35,937 nucleotides of DNA from a virus. Lineage: Duplodnaviria; Caudoviricetes. The stretch is from the IMG/VR virus record IMGVR_UViG_3300031260_000049, positions 1 to 35,937 of that record, one strand, 5' to 3'. This document shows, in pieces, positions 9,201 to 18,269 of this stretch. The position numbers and the translations under genes are program-made. The notes beneath the pieces are model-generated. The model was not told the origin of the DNA. It saw only the letters and a list, made by a program, of their open reading frames with translations, and ran no database searches. The stretch's first letter is position 1; each line of letters begins with the position of its first letter.

Positions 9201-9766
9201 ATGGTCACCACGTCGACCGTAAAAGCGCCGTAGGTGGCATGCACATAACCCGCCCGCTCGGTGCTGACCCCCTGCACCCGTACAAACTGCTGATCCCCCG
9301 TGACGCTGTTGCGCAGCACCAGGGTTTCGCTGACGCGCGGCAGGACTCCGTCCGGCTGTTGAAAGGCGACGATGGTGCGCTGCCCCTCCAGCTGATCGCC
9401 GAGCAGACGCAGCGCCAGGGTCTGGGCGATGGCCACATAGCTTTCGATGTGATCCTTGGCATCGAGGCGCTCGTCGTAAAAATCGCCGGTGGTAAACAGG
9501 GTAACGTGTACGTTGTCATCGTCGGGCGGGTCGGTGATGATGGCGTGACTGCCGTAGTACATATCCTGATTGTCGGTCATCACCGCCAAAAATCCTTTGC
9601 GCAGCGACACCCGGCCATAGACGCGATCGAGGCGCGATATGTCCGGAAAAAGGTTGTTGACCTCGCCGTCGGTGACCTCGGTGCCGGTCATCTCGCCGCC
9701 GCCGTCGGGGTAATCGGTAAGACGCTCGGAGGCCATCAGTTTGATATCGGTCTTTAAAATACTCAT
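6233..9766 (-). CDS. Large tail tip protein (1177 aa)
   Basis: DIKLMASERLTD..DGGG...NNLFPDISRLDRVYGRVSLRK N-terminus; repeated G[ST]IDYATG motifs; located just downstream of tape measure. Confidence 0.8.
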   Translation of the reverse strand: MSILKTDIKLMASERLTDYPDGGGEMTGTEVTDGEVNNLFPDISRLDRVYGRVSLRKGFLAVMTDNQDMYYGSHAIITDPPDDDNVHVTLFTTGDFYDERLDAKDHIESYVAIAQTLALRLLGDQLEGQRTIVAFQQPDGVLPRVSETLVLRNSVTGDQQFVRVQGVSTERAGYVHATYGAFTVDVVTIELSAALQYTFPGVDPTPYVGTATTRVHATAVADAARYFGVSRLTEPANSGAMTLQVDSIYNQLVPTSQVETAVVDQLIFGSGTSMVASGAADSLVWSGVRGSDNAVIHLRSGLLPGSLALTIDGHDFIDKDGDLVALVDAGGYGGSIDYAAGRITLTGSGTWSQAVTLTATPAAAVTEAQQSLEILIEISNRSWNYTPNLKPVPAPGTLTVDYMALGNWYRLKDNGRGELVGTESGIGTGTIDYATGSMVLTVGALPDVDSSIIITWGTGIEATARPGAIDGDDVIIEHDLPDTGIEPGSIAITWGSGAYTATDTGAGTLSGDAVGTISYGAGKIRFTPSVIPSSGEVFDITYRKDLADSATVMDLTVNGQQVSFTIPNAPLRPGSVSLEWAVEQVKEVLASGQINTRTLTKRAHDDGSGSLIGATGTIDYATGAVTMVACADYQYDKWSTVSYKTGGNFGALGSTSYMGVRTAVSASQTPPAAVIVTYQQDVAADWTDATDSLDAGTLEIDLTPGTVEPIVSGSVLFALAGSLYYDLAGALYRDRDDATGAGTPAGSINYETGIATLDTYPQLASTDVTLLTLLTRSGGNTPTAGIFRLPGAPVRDGSLSVRANLPDGTLLSATAGTDGILSADRLEGTIDTAVGVVRLFFGELVTAAGNEAEPWYDADLVQDGQIWCPYGVLADTALYNGVVYSYLPLDADLIGIEPVRLPIDGRVPILRDGDVAVIHHTADQLLQDNLTAGQQIALDRSNLSLVELRDQSGTLVDEVLYTVDLTAGAVTMADPLDLSAYVQPLVAAHRIEDMVLISEAQINGLIRTVGPITHDYPADETQVSGALIFSDLAARIVRQFTQKTWDGIWQNTRSGDDTTAKYDSLHYPIAVTNRGAIAQRWCIKFTSATAFDVIGEQLGVIASGTTSSNVAPINPATEVPYFTIDYHGWGTGWAAGNCLRFDTSAANAPMWLARTTMPGPVEEPTDNFTLQIRGDAN

Positions 9767-10140
9767 GCTACCTCGCGGAAAAAGAGGGTCACGACATAGG
9801 GCTGATCCTCATCCGGATCGGAGACGGTCCAGACCGGATCGGCGGTCAGCCGCTCGCCGGTAAAAATTACGGTATGCACACTGCCGTCGTTGAGGGTCAG
9901 GGTCATCTCAAGCTCCGGCGTATTGGCTTTGGTACGCAGCTGCTCCAGCAGCGACCGGCGCACCCAGGCATAATCCTCGCCGCCGGCCAGGGTGATGTGG
10001 CGGCCGGTCTGCTGGGTCATGGCCTGCACCACCAGCGCGCCATCGAGGGTGACGTTTTCCTGCTGAGCGACGGGATTCCAGCGGTATTCGTCGGTCCAGA
10101 TGAGATCGGCAGGCAGGGTCAATGCGTCGAGGGTAATCAT
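9763..10140 (-). CDS. Distal tail (Dit-like) protein
   Basis: Directly follows tape measure with ATGA overlap; LP.DL.W.DEY.W.PV.Q motif. Confidence 0.7.
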   Translation of the reverse strand: MITLDALTLPADLIWTDEYRWNPVAQQENVTLDGALVVQAMTQQTGRHITLAGGEDYAWVRRSLLEQLRTKANTPELEMTLTLNDGSVHTVIFTGERLTADPVWTVSDPDEDQPYVVTLFFREVA

Positions 10141-13100
10141 GCGGTCACCGTCCCCGATTGGCGGAGCATGTCTATAAATCGTCCGGCGTCGCCTTCGCCG
10201 AACTGGCCGGAGACGGTGCGGCCGTCCGGCGCGCGGAACTGCACTGTTACGGTGCGGGCGGCCCCCTGCGCGGCCGGGGCCACGGGGCCGGAGGCCTGCA
10301 GCTCTTGCGCGCGGATCGTGCTGATCGCGCCCTGTATCTGCGCCTGCTGCGCCAGCCGGAGTTGGTCGCGCTGCTTGCGCACCATGTCGGCGGTGTGCTT
10401 GCGCAGGGCAGATGACAGCCAGCTATCGCTCGCCTTGACGCCATAAATCTCTTTGCGGTAGCGGGCTTCGTACTGCCCCAGCTCGGCAAGAGACCCAAAC
10501 TTTTGAATACCCTTGGTGATGGAATTCCACTCATTGGCGAACCATTGCGCCACGCCAGGGCCGGTATCGGCTCCGGAATTTTTGCCGCCGGTCTTGCCCT
10601 TTTCACCGTCGCTTTTTTTGTCCAGGGAGCGGTTGAGGGCGTCGACCTTGCCCTTGGCCGAGGATGCCTCGCGGCCGATTTTTGCCAGGCCACCGGCGGC
10701 ATCGTCGCCGGCGCGTTTGCCAGCCTCGCCGACCTCATCGAGGGATGCGGCGAGTTTTTTGCCGGCGCGGGTCCCGGCGGAGGATATGCCGACCATCTCC
10801 TCCCACCTGTTTTTGGTGGTACGCACGGCCCGCTGCAGCTCCATCTCAGCGTCGACCATGGCGGCGCGGGCCTGCCGGTATTCGTGGCTGTCCTCGCCGT
10901 AGATCTGTTTGGATTGATCGGCGGCCTCCTGCCGCATGGCTACCACCGCCTGCGCCAGATCCTGCTCGGCCTGTGCCTTGCGGTAGTTGTATTCGGCCTG
11001 CGTGATCCACTCCTGTTCGAGCTGTTGGTCCAGGTCGAGCAGTTGCTGCGCCAGATGCTGTTGCAGCTCTTTTTCTTCGTCGGCGTATTGCTGTGCCTGA
11101 TCCTGGGTTTTGGCCTGCTGCAACTGCTTGACGGCGGCCACGTAATCAGCTTCGGCTTTGAGCTTGGCCTCCAGTGCCTTGGCGTGCTCCTCCGTGCCGG
11201 TCTGCGTGGTCTTGAGGGCCACGGCGGCCTCATAGTAGGCATCGGCGAGCTTTTGCACCTCGGCTTCGAGCAGGCCCTGCTCGTCCCTGGAGCGGGTCAT
11301 GGCATCGGTAAGCAGATCTTGCTTTTCGTGATAGGCCAGCACGGCGTTGTGGACTTTATCCAGTGCCTGCTCCATGGTCAGCATCGATTGCGCGCCGTCG
11401 GCGCCCGCCTGACGCACGGCGGCATTGACCTGGCTTAGCTCATTTTTTATCTCCTGCAGACGGGCGGTGGCCCCGGGAAGTTCGGCGGCTGCGGCCTTGG
11501 CGTCATCGGTCAGTTGGCCGAGCCAGTTGGTCTGCTGGGAGCGGTCCTGCAGGTCGATGACCATGTTGGTCCAGTAATTGTGCGTGCCGGCGATTCCCTG
11601 CTGGATCTCCCGCAGCTCTTCGACGGTTTTGCCGTCGAGGCCAGGCAGATGGAAGTCTTTGTATTTGTCGAATTCTTTAAGGGTGTCACCAACGCCGGAC
11701 ATCAGGCGGTCATGGGCTGCTTTGGCTTCGTCGGCGGCAATCTGCCATTGCACATAGGCGTTGACGATGCCGGCGGTGCCAGCCACAGCGGCCGCGATGA
11801 GGGCAATGTGGGGGGCCATCGGGATAAGCGTTGCGAGCAGCGAACCGGAGGATGTACCAACGGCGGCGGTAGCGGCGCCCATCTGACCAAGTCCGCCGGC
11901 TGCCTCGACAGCCAACTGGGCCATCTTCGCCTTGCGCAGCGCATCGATGGCGGCGGCTACGTTGCGGATACCCGTTGATACAGAATTGAAAGCAACCAGC
12001 ACCCCACCGGCACCGATCAAGGTGAGAATGAGTCCTTTGTTTTCGACAATAAATTCGGCGGTGGTTCCAATGGTCGAAGCCAGACCTGCCGCCCATTCGC
12101 CGATTTCGTCAGCGTTATTGACGAGGCCTGCGGCTATATCGGTAAGGGTTTTCGTAAAGTCTTTGTTATTGGCAATGGCGTCGTCAACCTTACTCTTGAG
12201 CAACGCGAGCGCTCCGCTCAATGTTTTGACGCTATCGGCGGCAGCTCCCTGCTTGCCGGCGCTCTGCTCGAGCATGACCTGGTAGCGCACCTGGGCTTTT
12301 TCCAGATCGGTCAGATCTTTCCACGCGCGGCCGTGGGCATTGTGTGCGGCGTGCCAGCTGGCGACGTAGGTTTCGTTGAGGGTCAGACCAAGAAACTCGG
12401 CGCTTTCGGCCTCGCCACGCAGGGCGGCGGTGACGCGCTCGATGGAGCCTTCCAGGTCGGTCTTACCGGCGCCGAGGTCGGCGGCACGGCGGGTGAGCTC
12501 CTCCATCTGTACGGAGGACAGGCCCAGCCGTTTGGTCATGTCGACGGTGCGAGCGATGGCGCCCGCGACCTCGGATTCGGAATATATCTTAAGTTCTGCC
12601 GCCAGCTCTTTTACCTTGCCCTTCCAGTGATCGAGGTCGCCGACGTTGGAAAACTCCCGGTTGGCGGCCTCGACCGAGGTGGCGAGGTTAAATTGCGATT
12701 GTTCGGCGGTGCGCGCGGCGGTGACCATGCCACCGATCACGGCGGTGATGGTGCGGTAACCGAGATAGGCGGCCACCAGCTTTTTGACGTGGCTGGTCAG
12801 GTTGGCGGTGGTGGCGATGCCTTGCTGCTGGGTGCGGCCTATCTGGGCATACTCGGCGCGCAGCGCGGCGGTTTTGGCCTTGAGGTTGGTGGCCGCCTGG
12901 GCCAGTTCCTTTTGCGAGAGCACGCCCTTGTCGCGCAGCAGGGCATACTGCTGGCGCAGCTCGGCCACCTCGTGGTTGACCTGCCGCATGGTGGGCACAT
13001 CGAGCGCGCGGGATGCGGCGGCCAGCACCTTGGTGGCGCCCGGCACATCGCTGCGAAGCCGGCTAAACTCTCCGGAGATATTTTTCAGCCCGTCCTCGGC

Positions 13101-13157
13101 GCCCTTGGTGTAGGCCGAGATGACCAGTTTGAGATGTTTTTCAGCGGCTGCCGACAT
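10137..13157 (-). CDS. Tail tape measure protein
   Basis: 1006 aa, Ala/Gln-rich coiled coil with central hydrophobic segments; follows tail chaperone. Confidence 0.9.
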   Translation of the reverse strand: MSAAAEKHLKLVISAYTKGAEDGLKNISGEFSRLRSDVPGATKVLAAASRALDVPTMRQVNHEVAELRQQYALLRDKGVLSQKELAQAATNLKAKTAALRAEYAQIGRTQQQGIATTANLTSHVKKLVAAYLGYRTITAVIGGMVTAARTAEQSQFNLATSVEAANREFSNVGDLDHWKGKVKELAAELKIYSESEVAGAIARTVDMTKRLGLSSVQMEELTRRAADLGAGKTDLEGSIERVTAALRGEAESAEFLGLTLNETYVASWHAAHNAHGRAWKDLTDLEKAQVRYQVMLEQSAGKQGAAADSVKTLSGALALLKSKVDDAIANNKDFTKTLTDIAAGLVNNADEIGEWAAGLASTIGTTAEFIVENKGLILTLIGAGGVLVAFNSVSTGIRNVAAAIDALRKAKMAQLAVEAAGGLGQMGAATAAVGTSSGSLLATLIPMAPHIALIAAAVAGTAGIVNAYVQWQIAADEAKAAHDRLMSGVGDTLKEFDKYKDFHLPGLDGKTVEELREIQQGIAGTHNYWTNMVIDLQDRSQQTNWLGQLTDDAKAAAAELPGATARLQEIKNELSQVNAAVRQAGADGAQSMLTMEQALDKVHNAVLAYHEKQDLLTDAMTRSRDEQGLLEAEVQKLADAYYEAAVALKTTQTGTEEHAKALEAKLKAEADYVAAVKQLQQAKTQDQAQQYADEEKELQQHLAQQLLDLDQQLEQEWITQAEYNYRKAQAEQDLAQAVVAMRQEAADQSKQIYGEDSHEYRQARAAMVDAEMELQRAVRTTKNRWEEMVGISSAGTRAGKKLAASLDEVGEAGKRAGDDAAGGLAKIGREASSAKGKVDALNRSLDKKSDGEKGKTGGKNSGADTGPGVAQWFANEWNSITKGIQKFGSLAELGQYEARYRKEIYGVKASDSWLSSALRKHTADMVRKQRDQLRLAQQAQIQGAISTIRAQELQASGPVAPAAQGAARTVTVQFRAPDGRTVSGQFGEGDAGRFIDMLRQSGTVTA

Positions 13158-13308
13158 GCTTTATCATCCTCAAAAAGAAACCACCGCCCCACGTCCAGGG
13201 CTGCGGATAGCCGTGGTGCATCAGGATTTCACAGGCGCGCTCAAGGCATTGGCGGAGCGGTTCGGAGCCGGGGCGCACATCCGCTTCACCATGCCGAGAA
13301 AAAAAGGG
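13141..13308 (-). CDS. -1 frameshift extension of tail chaperone (GT-like C-terminus)
   Basis: -1 frame open from slip site to 13141 (..LERACEILMHHGYPQPWTWGGGFFLRMIK..), overlapping the tape measure start. Confidence 0.65.
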   Translation of the reverse strand, partial: PFFSRHGEADVRPGSEPLRQCLERACEILMHHGYPQPWTWGGGFFLRMIKHVGSR

Positions 13309-13553
13309 TTGGCCTCCTCCACCGCCTGCCACAGAGGCTCCAGGGCGGAGGGGCTGTGCTTATGCAATTCCAGGCGCTCGATACCGGCGGAGCGCACGAC
13401 GGCCTCGCTTGGCAATCTCCCGTCGAACAGCAGGTCGAGGGAGTCGGCTTTACCGGCAGCAACGGCGTCCATGCAGTCGGCGATCTCCTCGACGGTCAAC
13501 TCCTTAGCCGTGACTTCCTTCCCGTCAAACTGGATGATCTTGCTCTTTTTCAT
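13221..13553 (-). CDS. Tail assembly chaperone (G-like)
   Basis: Between tail tube and tape measure; slippery CCCTTTT/TTTTTTT at 13299-13308. Confidence 0.8.
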   Translation of the reverse strand: MKKSKIIQFDGKEVTAKELTVEEIADCMDAVAAGKADSLDLLFDGRLPSEAVVRSAGIERLELHKHSPSALEPLWQAVEEANPFFLGMVKRMCAPAPNRSANALSAPVKS

Positions 13554-13566
13554 CGGTGATCCTCGT

Positions 13567-13596
13567 TAAAAGTCGGGCGGCGCGCAGGCCGCCCGA
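13567..13596 (-). terminator. Terminator/attenuator after tail tube gene
   Basis: TCGGGCGGC/GCCGCCCGA stem followed by CTTTT on minus strand. Confidence 0.55.
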
Positions 13597-13599
13597 TGG

Positions 13600-14355
13600 T
13601 TATGCGTCGTAATAGATGATGTCGACGGCCGTGGTGTCGCCCTCGGGGATCTCGCAGACTCCCTCCAGCTCCAGCGGGAGGAAATCGTCGGAGAGAAAAT
13701 CGACCTCGGTGGATGGTTTGAGCCTGGCGCTCTTGACCACCACCTTGCAGTTGCGGCCGTTGACGTAGTTGACCCCGTCGAGCACCAGCCGCGCGCGGAT
13801 GATCGGCGAGCTGCCGCCGGTGATCTTCTCGAAGGTAATCGCGGCGTAATCGCCGGAGATATGCAGCACGTCACCGCCGGTGATAGCACCGGTGGACAGC
13901 GCCTTTATCATTCCCAGTCGGGCGTTGAGGACATAGTCGGTACCTTCGACATAGGTGGTGGTGTCGGTATCGTCCTTGACCACCACGTTGCTGAGCTGCT
14001 CCTTGCCGATCTCGACGTAACGGTCGGCGATGGCGGTTACCGCCACGGGGCTGCCGACATCGATGCTGCCGGAGGCCTGCGAGCCGGCAGCCACGTCGCC
14101 GAGGAAAGCCACGGCGAGGTTTTGCGCGTCGAGCTGGTTGAGGGTCAAACTGATATTGGTCTTGCCGGGCAGGGTGGCGGCGGCGACGACCTGGCCATAA
14201 TTGGTGCGTCCCTTGCCGGTCTGCTCTTTGATCTCCGATTCGGGGTTGAGGGCAAACTTGCTGCATGCCCCTTCCAATTTGGCCCCCTGCGAAACGCCGG
14301 CGGCGGTGAGGCGATCGAAATAGAGATCGCCGGCTCCGAGAAAACTGTCAGCCAT
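13600..14355 (-). CDS. Major tail tube protein (siphovirus type)
   Basis: 251 aa, FLGAGDLYF start, EGTDYVLN; strong SD; no sheath gene nearby. Confidence 0.85.
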   Translation of the reverse strand: MADSFLGAGDLYFDRLTAAGVSQGAKLEGACSKFALNPESEIKEQTGKGRTNYGQVVAAATLPGKTNISLTLNQLDAQNLAVAFLGDVAAGSQASGSIDVGSPVAVTAIADRYVEIGKEQLSNVVVKDDTDTTTYVEGTDYVLNARLGMIKALSTGAITGGDVLHISGDYAAITFEKITGGSSPIIRARLVLDGVNYVNGRNCKVVVKSARLKPSTEVDFLSDDFLPLELEGVCEIPEGDTTAVDIIYYDA

Positions 14356-14369
14356 GGTTTATCCTTCCT

Positions 14370-14807
14370 TTAGTTAACGGATGCGGGTTGCTGATTTCTG
14401 AGCTTGTACGTGGCCTGCATGACACACAGGGTCAACTTGCGGCTGTAGCCGACCAGGCTTTCGCTTTTCAGTGCCAGCCTGCCGGCGCCATTGATGCCCA
14501 GGCGATTGAGCTTTCCCCGGGCTTGCTCCATGGTGTGGTATGCACCATGACGGGCATTATCTTCGCCACGCAGGTTGCGATCGGCGACGTAAATCACCAC
14601 CTCAAGATCATGTATATCCATGTTCCCCTTGGGTTCATTGTTCAACCCGGCCACGCAGATCATGACGGCAGGATATTGAATGGGAAACTGGCCAAAGCTG
14701 TCAGGGCTGAACTCGCCTCCATAGCTTTTAAGGGTCTTTAAACCCTCGTTCAAAAGGGGTTCAAGGGCTGATTTGCAAGCGTCTTCGAGTAATTCGTAGG
14801 TCATCAA
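14370..14807 (-). CDS. Mu gp37-like tail terminator/completion protein
   Basis: Synteny after gp36; YGGEF..YPAV...RNLRGEDNARHGAY. Confidence 0.75.
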   Translation of the reverse strand: MMTYELLEDACKSALEPLLNEGLKTLKSYGGEFSPDSFGQFPIQYPAVMICVAGLNNEPKGNMDIHDLEVVIYVADRNLRGEDNARHGAYHTMEQARGKLNRLGINGAGRLALKSESLVGYSRKLTLCVMQATYKLRNQQPASVN

Positions 14808-15229
14808 AAACCCCCTTTGAGGCTGCCGCGATTAAACAGCCGATCGTTGCTGGTTACCTCGATGCGGGTGTTGCCAGTCTTGGCGCTGGCGGCACCTGGT
14901 AGTTGCACCTGACCGGCAGAGATCGCTTTAAGCAGTGCCTGGTTGGCCCGGTAACGCTCGCTTCGCGCCTCGGGGATGATCTCCTGCCGGCGGCTGTAGA
15001 GATAGTAGGTCGCCAGATCGGCCGACAACTCGGCAATGATCGGCGGCACCGTGGCAAACGGCACGGCGTAGCGGCCACTGCACCAGGCGTCGATCTCGCT
15101 GTCTGCCCGTGTGATCGCCGCCGCGATCTTCGCCTCGTCGACGCTGCCGGTTTCGTCATCGTCGGTCAGCTGCAGCAGGATGTCCTCGGGGATCCGCTCC
15201 TGGATGTCGGCAAGCTGGCTGTAGGCCAT
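14804..15229 (-). CDS. Mu gp36-like head-tail connector (DUF1320)
   Basis: MAYSQLAD...LLQLTD...A.SEIDAW.SGRY.VP motif. Confidence 0.9.
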   Translation of the reverse strand: MAYSQLADIQERIPEDILLQLTDDDETGSVDEAKIAAAITRADSEIDAWCSGRYAVPFATVPPIIAELSADLATYYLYSRRQEIIPEARSERYRANQALLKAISAGQVQLPGAASAKTGNTRIEVTSNDRLFNRGSLKGGF

Positions 15230-15232
15230 GAA

Positions 15233-15541
15233 TTATTCTCCCTGAGGTACGGTCAGTTCAGCGCGGCGTTTGTCGATAGCGGCAACCACGCTTTTGCGCT
15301 CTTCTCCGGCCGCAAGTTGGTCGATAGCTTCGAGGGTTTGTGCGGCTTTGACCTGTGCGATCACCTCCTGTGCAGAGGGGCCTTTTGTTTCCTCGGTGAT
15401 CTCGACCACAATGCCAGGCTCGGCCTGCAGCGCAGCCAGCTCTTCTTTGCTGAATCGGTCGTCGGCGTATTCGGTCGGCTGCTTGCTGTGGGCGATGCCG
15501 CAACGGCGGAAACCTTCTTTTTTTGCGGTGATACGGATCAT
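15233..15541 (-). CDS. Mu gp35 / HI1506-like protein
   Basis: MIRITAKKEGFRRCGIAHS motif; follows major capsid gene. Confidence 0.85.
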   Translation of the reverse strand: MIRITAKKEGFRRCGIAHSKQPTEYADDRFSKEELAALQAEPGIVVEITEETKGPSAQEVIAQVKAAQTLEAIDQLAAGEERKSVVAAIDKRRAELTVPQGE

Positions 15542-15557
15542 GGTTATATCTCCTTAC

Positions 15558-15582
15558 CAGGGGCTCCGGTCGGGAGCCCCTG
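15558..15582 (-). terminator. Hairpin after major capsid gene (stabiliser or weak terminator)
   Basis: CAGGGGCTCC/GGAGCCCCTG 10-bp stem; no clear U tract. Confidence 0.45.
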
Positions 15583-15613
15583 AATTAGCTGGCTATTGCA
15601 TTATGCTAAGGGA

Positions 15614-16654
15614 TTACCCGACACCGGTGCTGCCGTAGCACAGCTGCCAGAAACCGTACCCCGCAGCGCCGCGCGATTCGCAACCGAAGTTGAATTCCGC
15701 GCGTTTGAATACGTCATCCGAGGCCATGTCGGTCTGACTGACAAACACAGGCGCTTTACGCTGCTGGAAAATAAAAGGCTTGATAGGCTTGGTGGTGTCG
15801 AGCAGGAACCAGGCGGTATCCGACGTCAGTCGAGCATCAACCACGACCTCGGCGGTACCCTTGTAAGGGTTGGCCTTGCCGTCATCAAGGCGGTCGTTGT
15901 TGATCAGCGCCAGGGCGATATGCTCCAGGGCCGGGGGTACCAGCAGCACGTTGGGGGTAATATTCAGCGGGCGGCCTTCATCGTCTTTGAACTTGCGCAT
16001 GGCGGTGCGGGCGGCGCCGTAGCTGGCGATGGCCGCAGCCTGCGTAGCGCAGGAAAGGGCAACGGTCCCCTTGTTGCTGACGCTGGCCGGATCGCCGGTT
16101 GTCGGGTCGATCACCGGGTGGTCGGTATCGCAGAAATACTGACCGTCAAAGCACTCGGTGGCGAATGCGCCATTGACGACCTCCATAACCAATTCATCCG
16201 GCCACTGTTTGGCTGCAAAACCAGCCGCCTGCGCCTGCGGTCCGACAATGCCGAGATTGTCGTCCTCGATATCGTTGCGCTTAACGGATACGGTCACCTC
16301 AAAGTCCTCGTTTTTCAGGACATACTTACCGGCCTTCAGGTTTTTCATGACCTTATCGCCGACCCAGCGCCGCATTTTCGGGAAATTCTCAAGCCAGGCA
16401 TAATCGTTCTGGCTGCCGGTCGATGGGACCATCATCCCGATTTTTTGCCATACAGCCGGTGCGCCCTCAAAGGCCTTGTTAAAAGTGGTTTTGATGTTGA
16501 TAAAAATGCTGCTGATGGTGCTGGCGTTGATAAGCAGGGCCAGCCCAACACCTCCGGAGGCTGTGCCTGCCCCGACCAGGCCCGACCATCTCAGGCAGCC
16601 CACGCCGACCAGCAGCAGAATCCAGACAAACATGTCGTAACGGGTATGTTTCAT
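15614..16654 (-). CDS. Mu gpT-like major capsid protein with ~38-aa hydrophobic N-terminal extension
   Basis: YAWL..FPKMRRWVG, FDGQYFCDTDHPV, AGYGFWQLCYGS; SD GGAGGT 10 nt before ATG 16654. Confidence 0.92.
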   Translation of the reverse strand: MKHTRYDMFVWILLLVGVGCLRWSGLVGAGTASGGVGLALLINASTISSIFINIKTTFNKAFEGAPAVWQKIGMMVPSTGSQNDYAWLENFPKMRRWVGDKVMKNLKAGKYVLKNEDFEVTVSVKRNDIEDDNLGIVGPQAQAAGFAAKQWPDELVMEVVNGAFATECFDGQYFCDTDHPVIDPTTGDPASVSNKGTVALSCATQAAAIASYGAARTAMRKFKDDEGRPLNITPNVLLVPPALEHIALALINNDRLDDGKANPYKGTAEVVVDARLTSDTAWFLLDTTKPIKPFIFQQRKAPVFVSQTDMASDDVFKRAEFNFGCESRGAAGYGFWQLCYGSTGVG

Positions 16655-16683
16655 AATGTTTTTAACCTCCAGTAAATGGTGTA

Positions 16684-17082
16684 TTAACCGATGGCGACCC
16701 AGACGCCGTCGCTCTCGACGCCCAGGCATTTACCGGCTACGATGTCGTTGGTAGGTCCGGCTGCCACCGCGACCGTTTCATCGTCCTCGACATAGACGTT
16801 GCTGCCGACACTGGCCTGCACGACCGGGTTGGTAGCCGAGTTTTTGAGCTTGAAAACCTTGCCGCGACGGACCACCACAGACAGGTCGCCGTCGGCACCG
16901 GCCGAGTTGTCGATGGTTTCATCGGCGACGCCCATGACGATGGTCGCGGCCGTATCGGCCGCCTCGATGGCGTAGCCGTCTGCACCGACCGAAACCATTT
17001 TGCCTGCTTCGACCTTGGTGCTGGCGGCGACCTTCAGGGGGATCAGCTCGCCGTCCTTATACGTGGTATTGCGTTCAGACAT
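16684..17082 (-). CDS. Capsid decoration/cement protein
   Basis: Between scaffold and capsid genes; VYVEDDETV...AG....ESDGVWV motif. Confidence 0.75.
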   Translation of the reverse strand: MSERNTTYKDGELIPLKVAASTKVEAGKMVSVGADGYAIEAADTAATIVMGVADETIDNSAGADGDLSVVVRRGKVFKLKNSATNPVVQASVGSNVYVEDDETVAVAAGPTNDIVAGKCLGVESDGVWVAIG

Positions 17083-17114
17083 GTTATGCCTCCTCTAAAA
17101 GGTTGGGCTTGGCG

Positions 17115-17612
17115 TTACGCCTGGCCGTATTTTTTGAGATCCTCTGCCGAGTTGCCGAACATGTCGGCAACCTTCTGATCTTCCGCATTGAGCGCCTTAC
17201 CACCTTGCTCGGGCGATTTAGTATCCAGGTCGGAAGGATCGCCGACCACCGGCGCGGCCGCGACAAACTTGCGGAACTGTTCCAGCCCGCCGTCCTGCCG
17301 ACACATGGCCACATAAAATTCCTTGGTCGCCGGGGTGATCTTGCCCGCCTTCATGGCCGCGTCGACCTCGGCATTGAGGGCGGTTTCCAGTTCGGCTTTT
17401 TTCTGGTCGGCCAACCGGGTCTCGGCGTTGGTGGCCCGCAACAAAACGGCGTCGTAATCGCCACGCGGGACAAACTTGTCGAGGCTGGGGGTTTCGGCCC
17501 GATTGAGGGCGGTCTGCAGATTACCCTGCAGTGTGCCGATGGCGTTGAGGGCCTGCTCGATGGTGGCCGTCTCGGGCAACCCGAGTTTGGCCAGCAATGC
17601 TTTCAGATCCAT
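17115..17612 (-). CDS. Scaffolding protein Z (in-frame internal start in protease gene)
   Basis: AAGGAG 6 nt before in-frame ATG at 17612 (MDLKALLAKLGL); same arrangement as Mu I/Z. Confidence 0.7.
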   Translation of the reverse strand: MDLKALLAKLGLPETATIEQALNAIGTLQGNLQTALNRAETPSLDKFVPRGDYDAVLLRATNAETRLADQKKAELETALNAEVDAAMKAGKITPATKEFYVAMCRQDGGLEQFRKFVAAAPVVGDPSDLDTKSPEQGGKALNAEDQKVADMFGNSAEDLKKYGQA

Positions 17613-18119
17613 GGTGTGCTCCTTGTTTTCATGGTTAAGGGCCAATACGTTCAAATTCGGCTTATTGGTCAGGCCGACCGACGCGATGCCGCGAATGGTC
17701 AGCGAGTCTTTTTCGTAGATCAGTACGGTGGAGTAGTAACGGTACTCCCGGTTCTTGATCAGCTCGGCGCCCTTTGGCGTCCACTCGATCACTCCCCATA
17801 CGGCACCGCCTTCACGCACGCTCAGGGCTTTGATCCACCCCATCGCCGGGGCCGCATCGCCCTTGGGCGCCTTGAGTTCGGTGGCGTGCTCGACGTCGAT
17901 CGGCACATCGATCCCTCGGCCGTCGAAATAGTCGATCACACACTGGGGGTCGCGGTTGTACCAGTACCGGCCGTCGCGACCCTGCACCACCTCCCCGGGG
18001 GGGATCAGCGGCAGCTCGGCGGGGAGATCCTCTCCGGCTGCCAACTCGAAATTTAAGGCGACCTCCCGACACTCGTCAGGCAACCCGGCTGCGTTGAGTG
18101 CGATATGAAAGATATGCAT
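17115..18119 (-). CDS. Mu gpI-like prohead protease (with nested scaffold Z)
   Basis: GRDGR, PIDVEHATE, APAMGWI, WTPKG..I..REYRYYS, GLTNKPNL; start placed at ATG 18119 by SD. Confidence 0.92.
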   Translation of the reverse strand: MHIFHIALNAAGLPDECREVALNFELAAGEDLPAELPLIPPGEVVQGRDGRYWYNRDPQCVIDYFDGRGIDVPIDVEHATELKAPKGDAAPAMGWIKALSVREGGAVWGVIEWTPKGAELIKNREYRYYSTVLIYEKDSLTIRGIASVGLTNKPNLNVLALNHENKEHTMDLKALLAKLGLPETATIEQALNAIGTLQGNLQTALNRAETPSLDKFVPRGDYDAVLLRATNAETRLADQKKAELETALNAEVDAAMKAGKITPATKEFYVAMCRQDGGLEQFRKFVAAAPVVGDPSDLDTKSPEQGGKALNAEDQKVADMFGNSAEDLKKYGQA

Positions 18120-18269
18120 GATTCCCCTTCTCCGTGGTGGGCGGCAAAACCGGATCACATGTCTGACCCGCAACCCCATTTAAACCCCGTTTAAATTTGC
18201 GCCTGTTGCGTTATTTTTAAAAAGACGATCCATTGTGCGGTCTTACCTGTTGCGTCAATTCTGAGGCGA

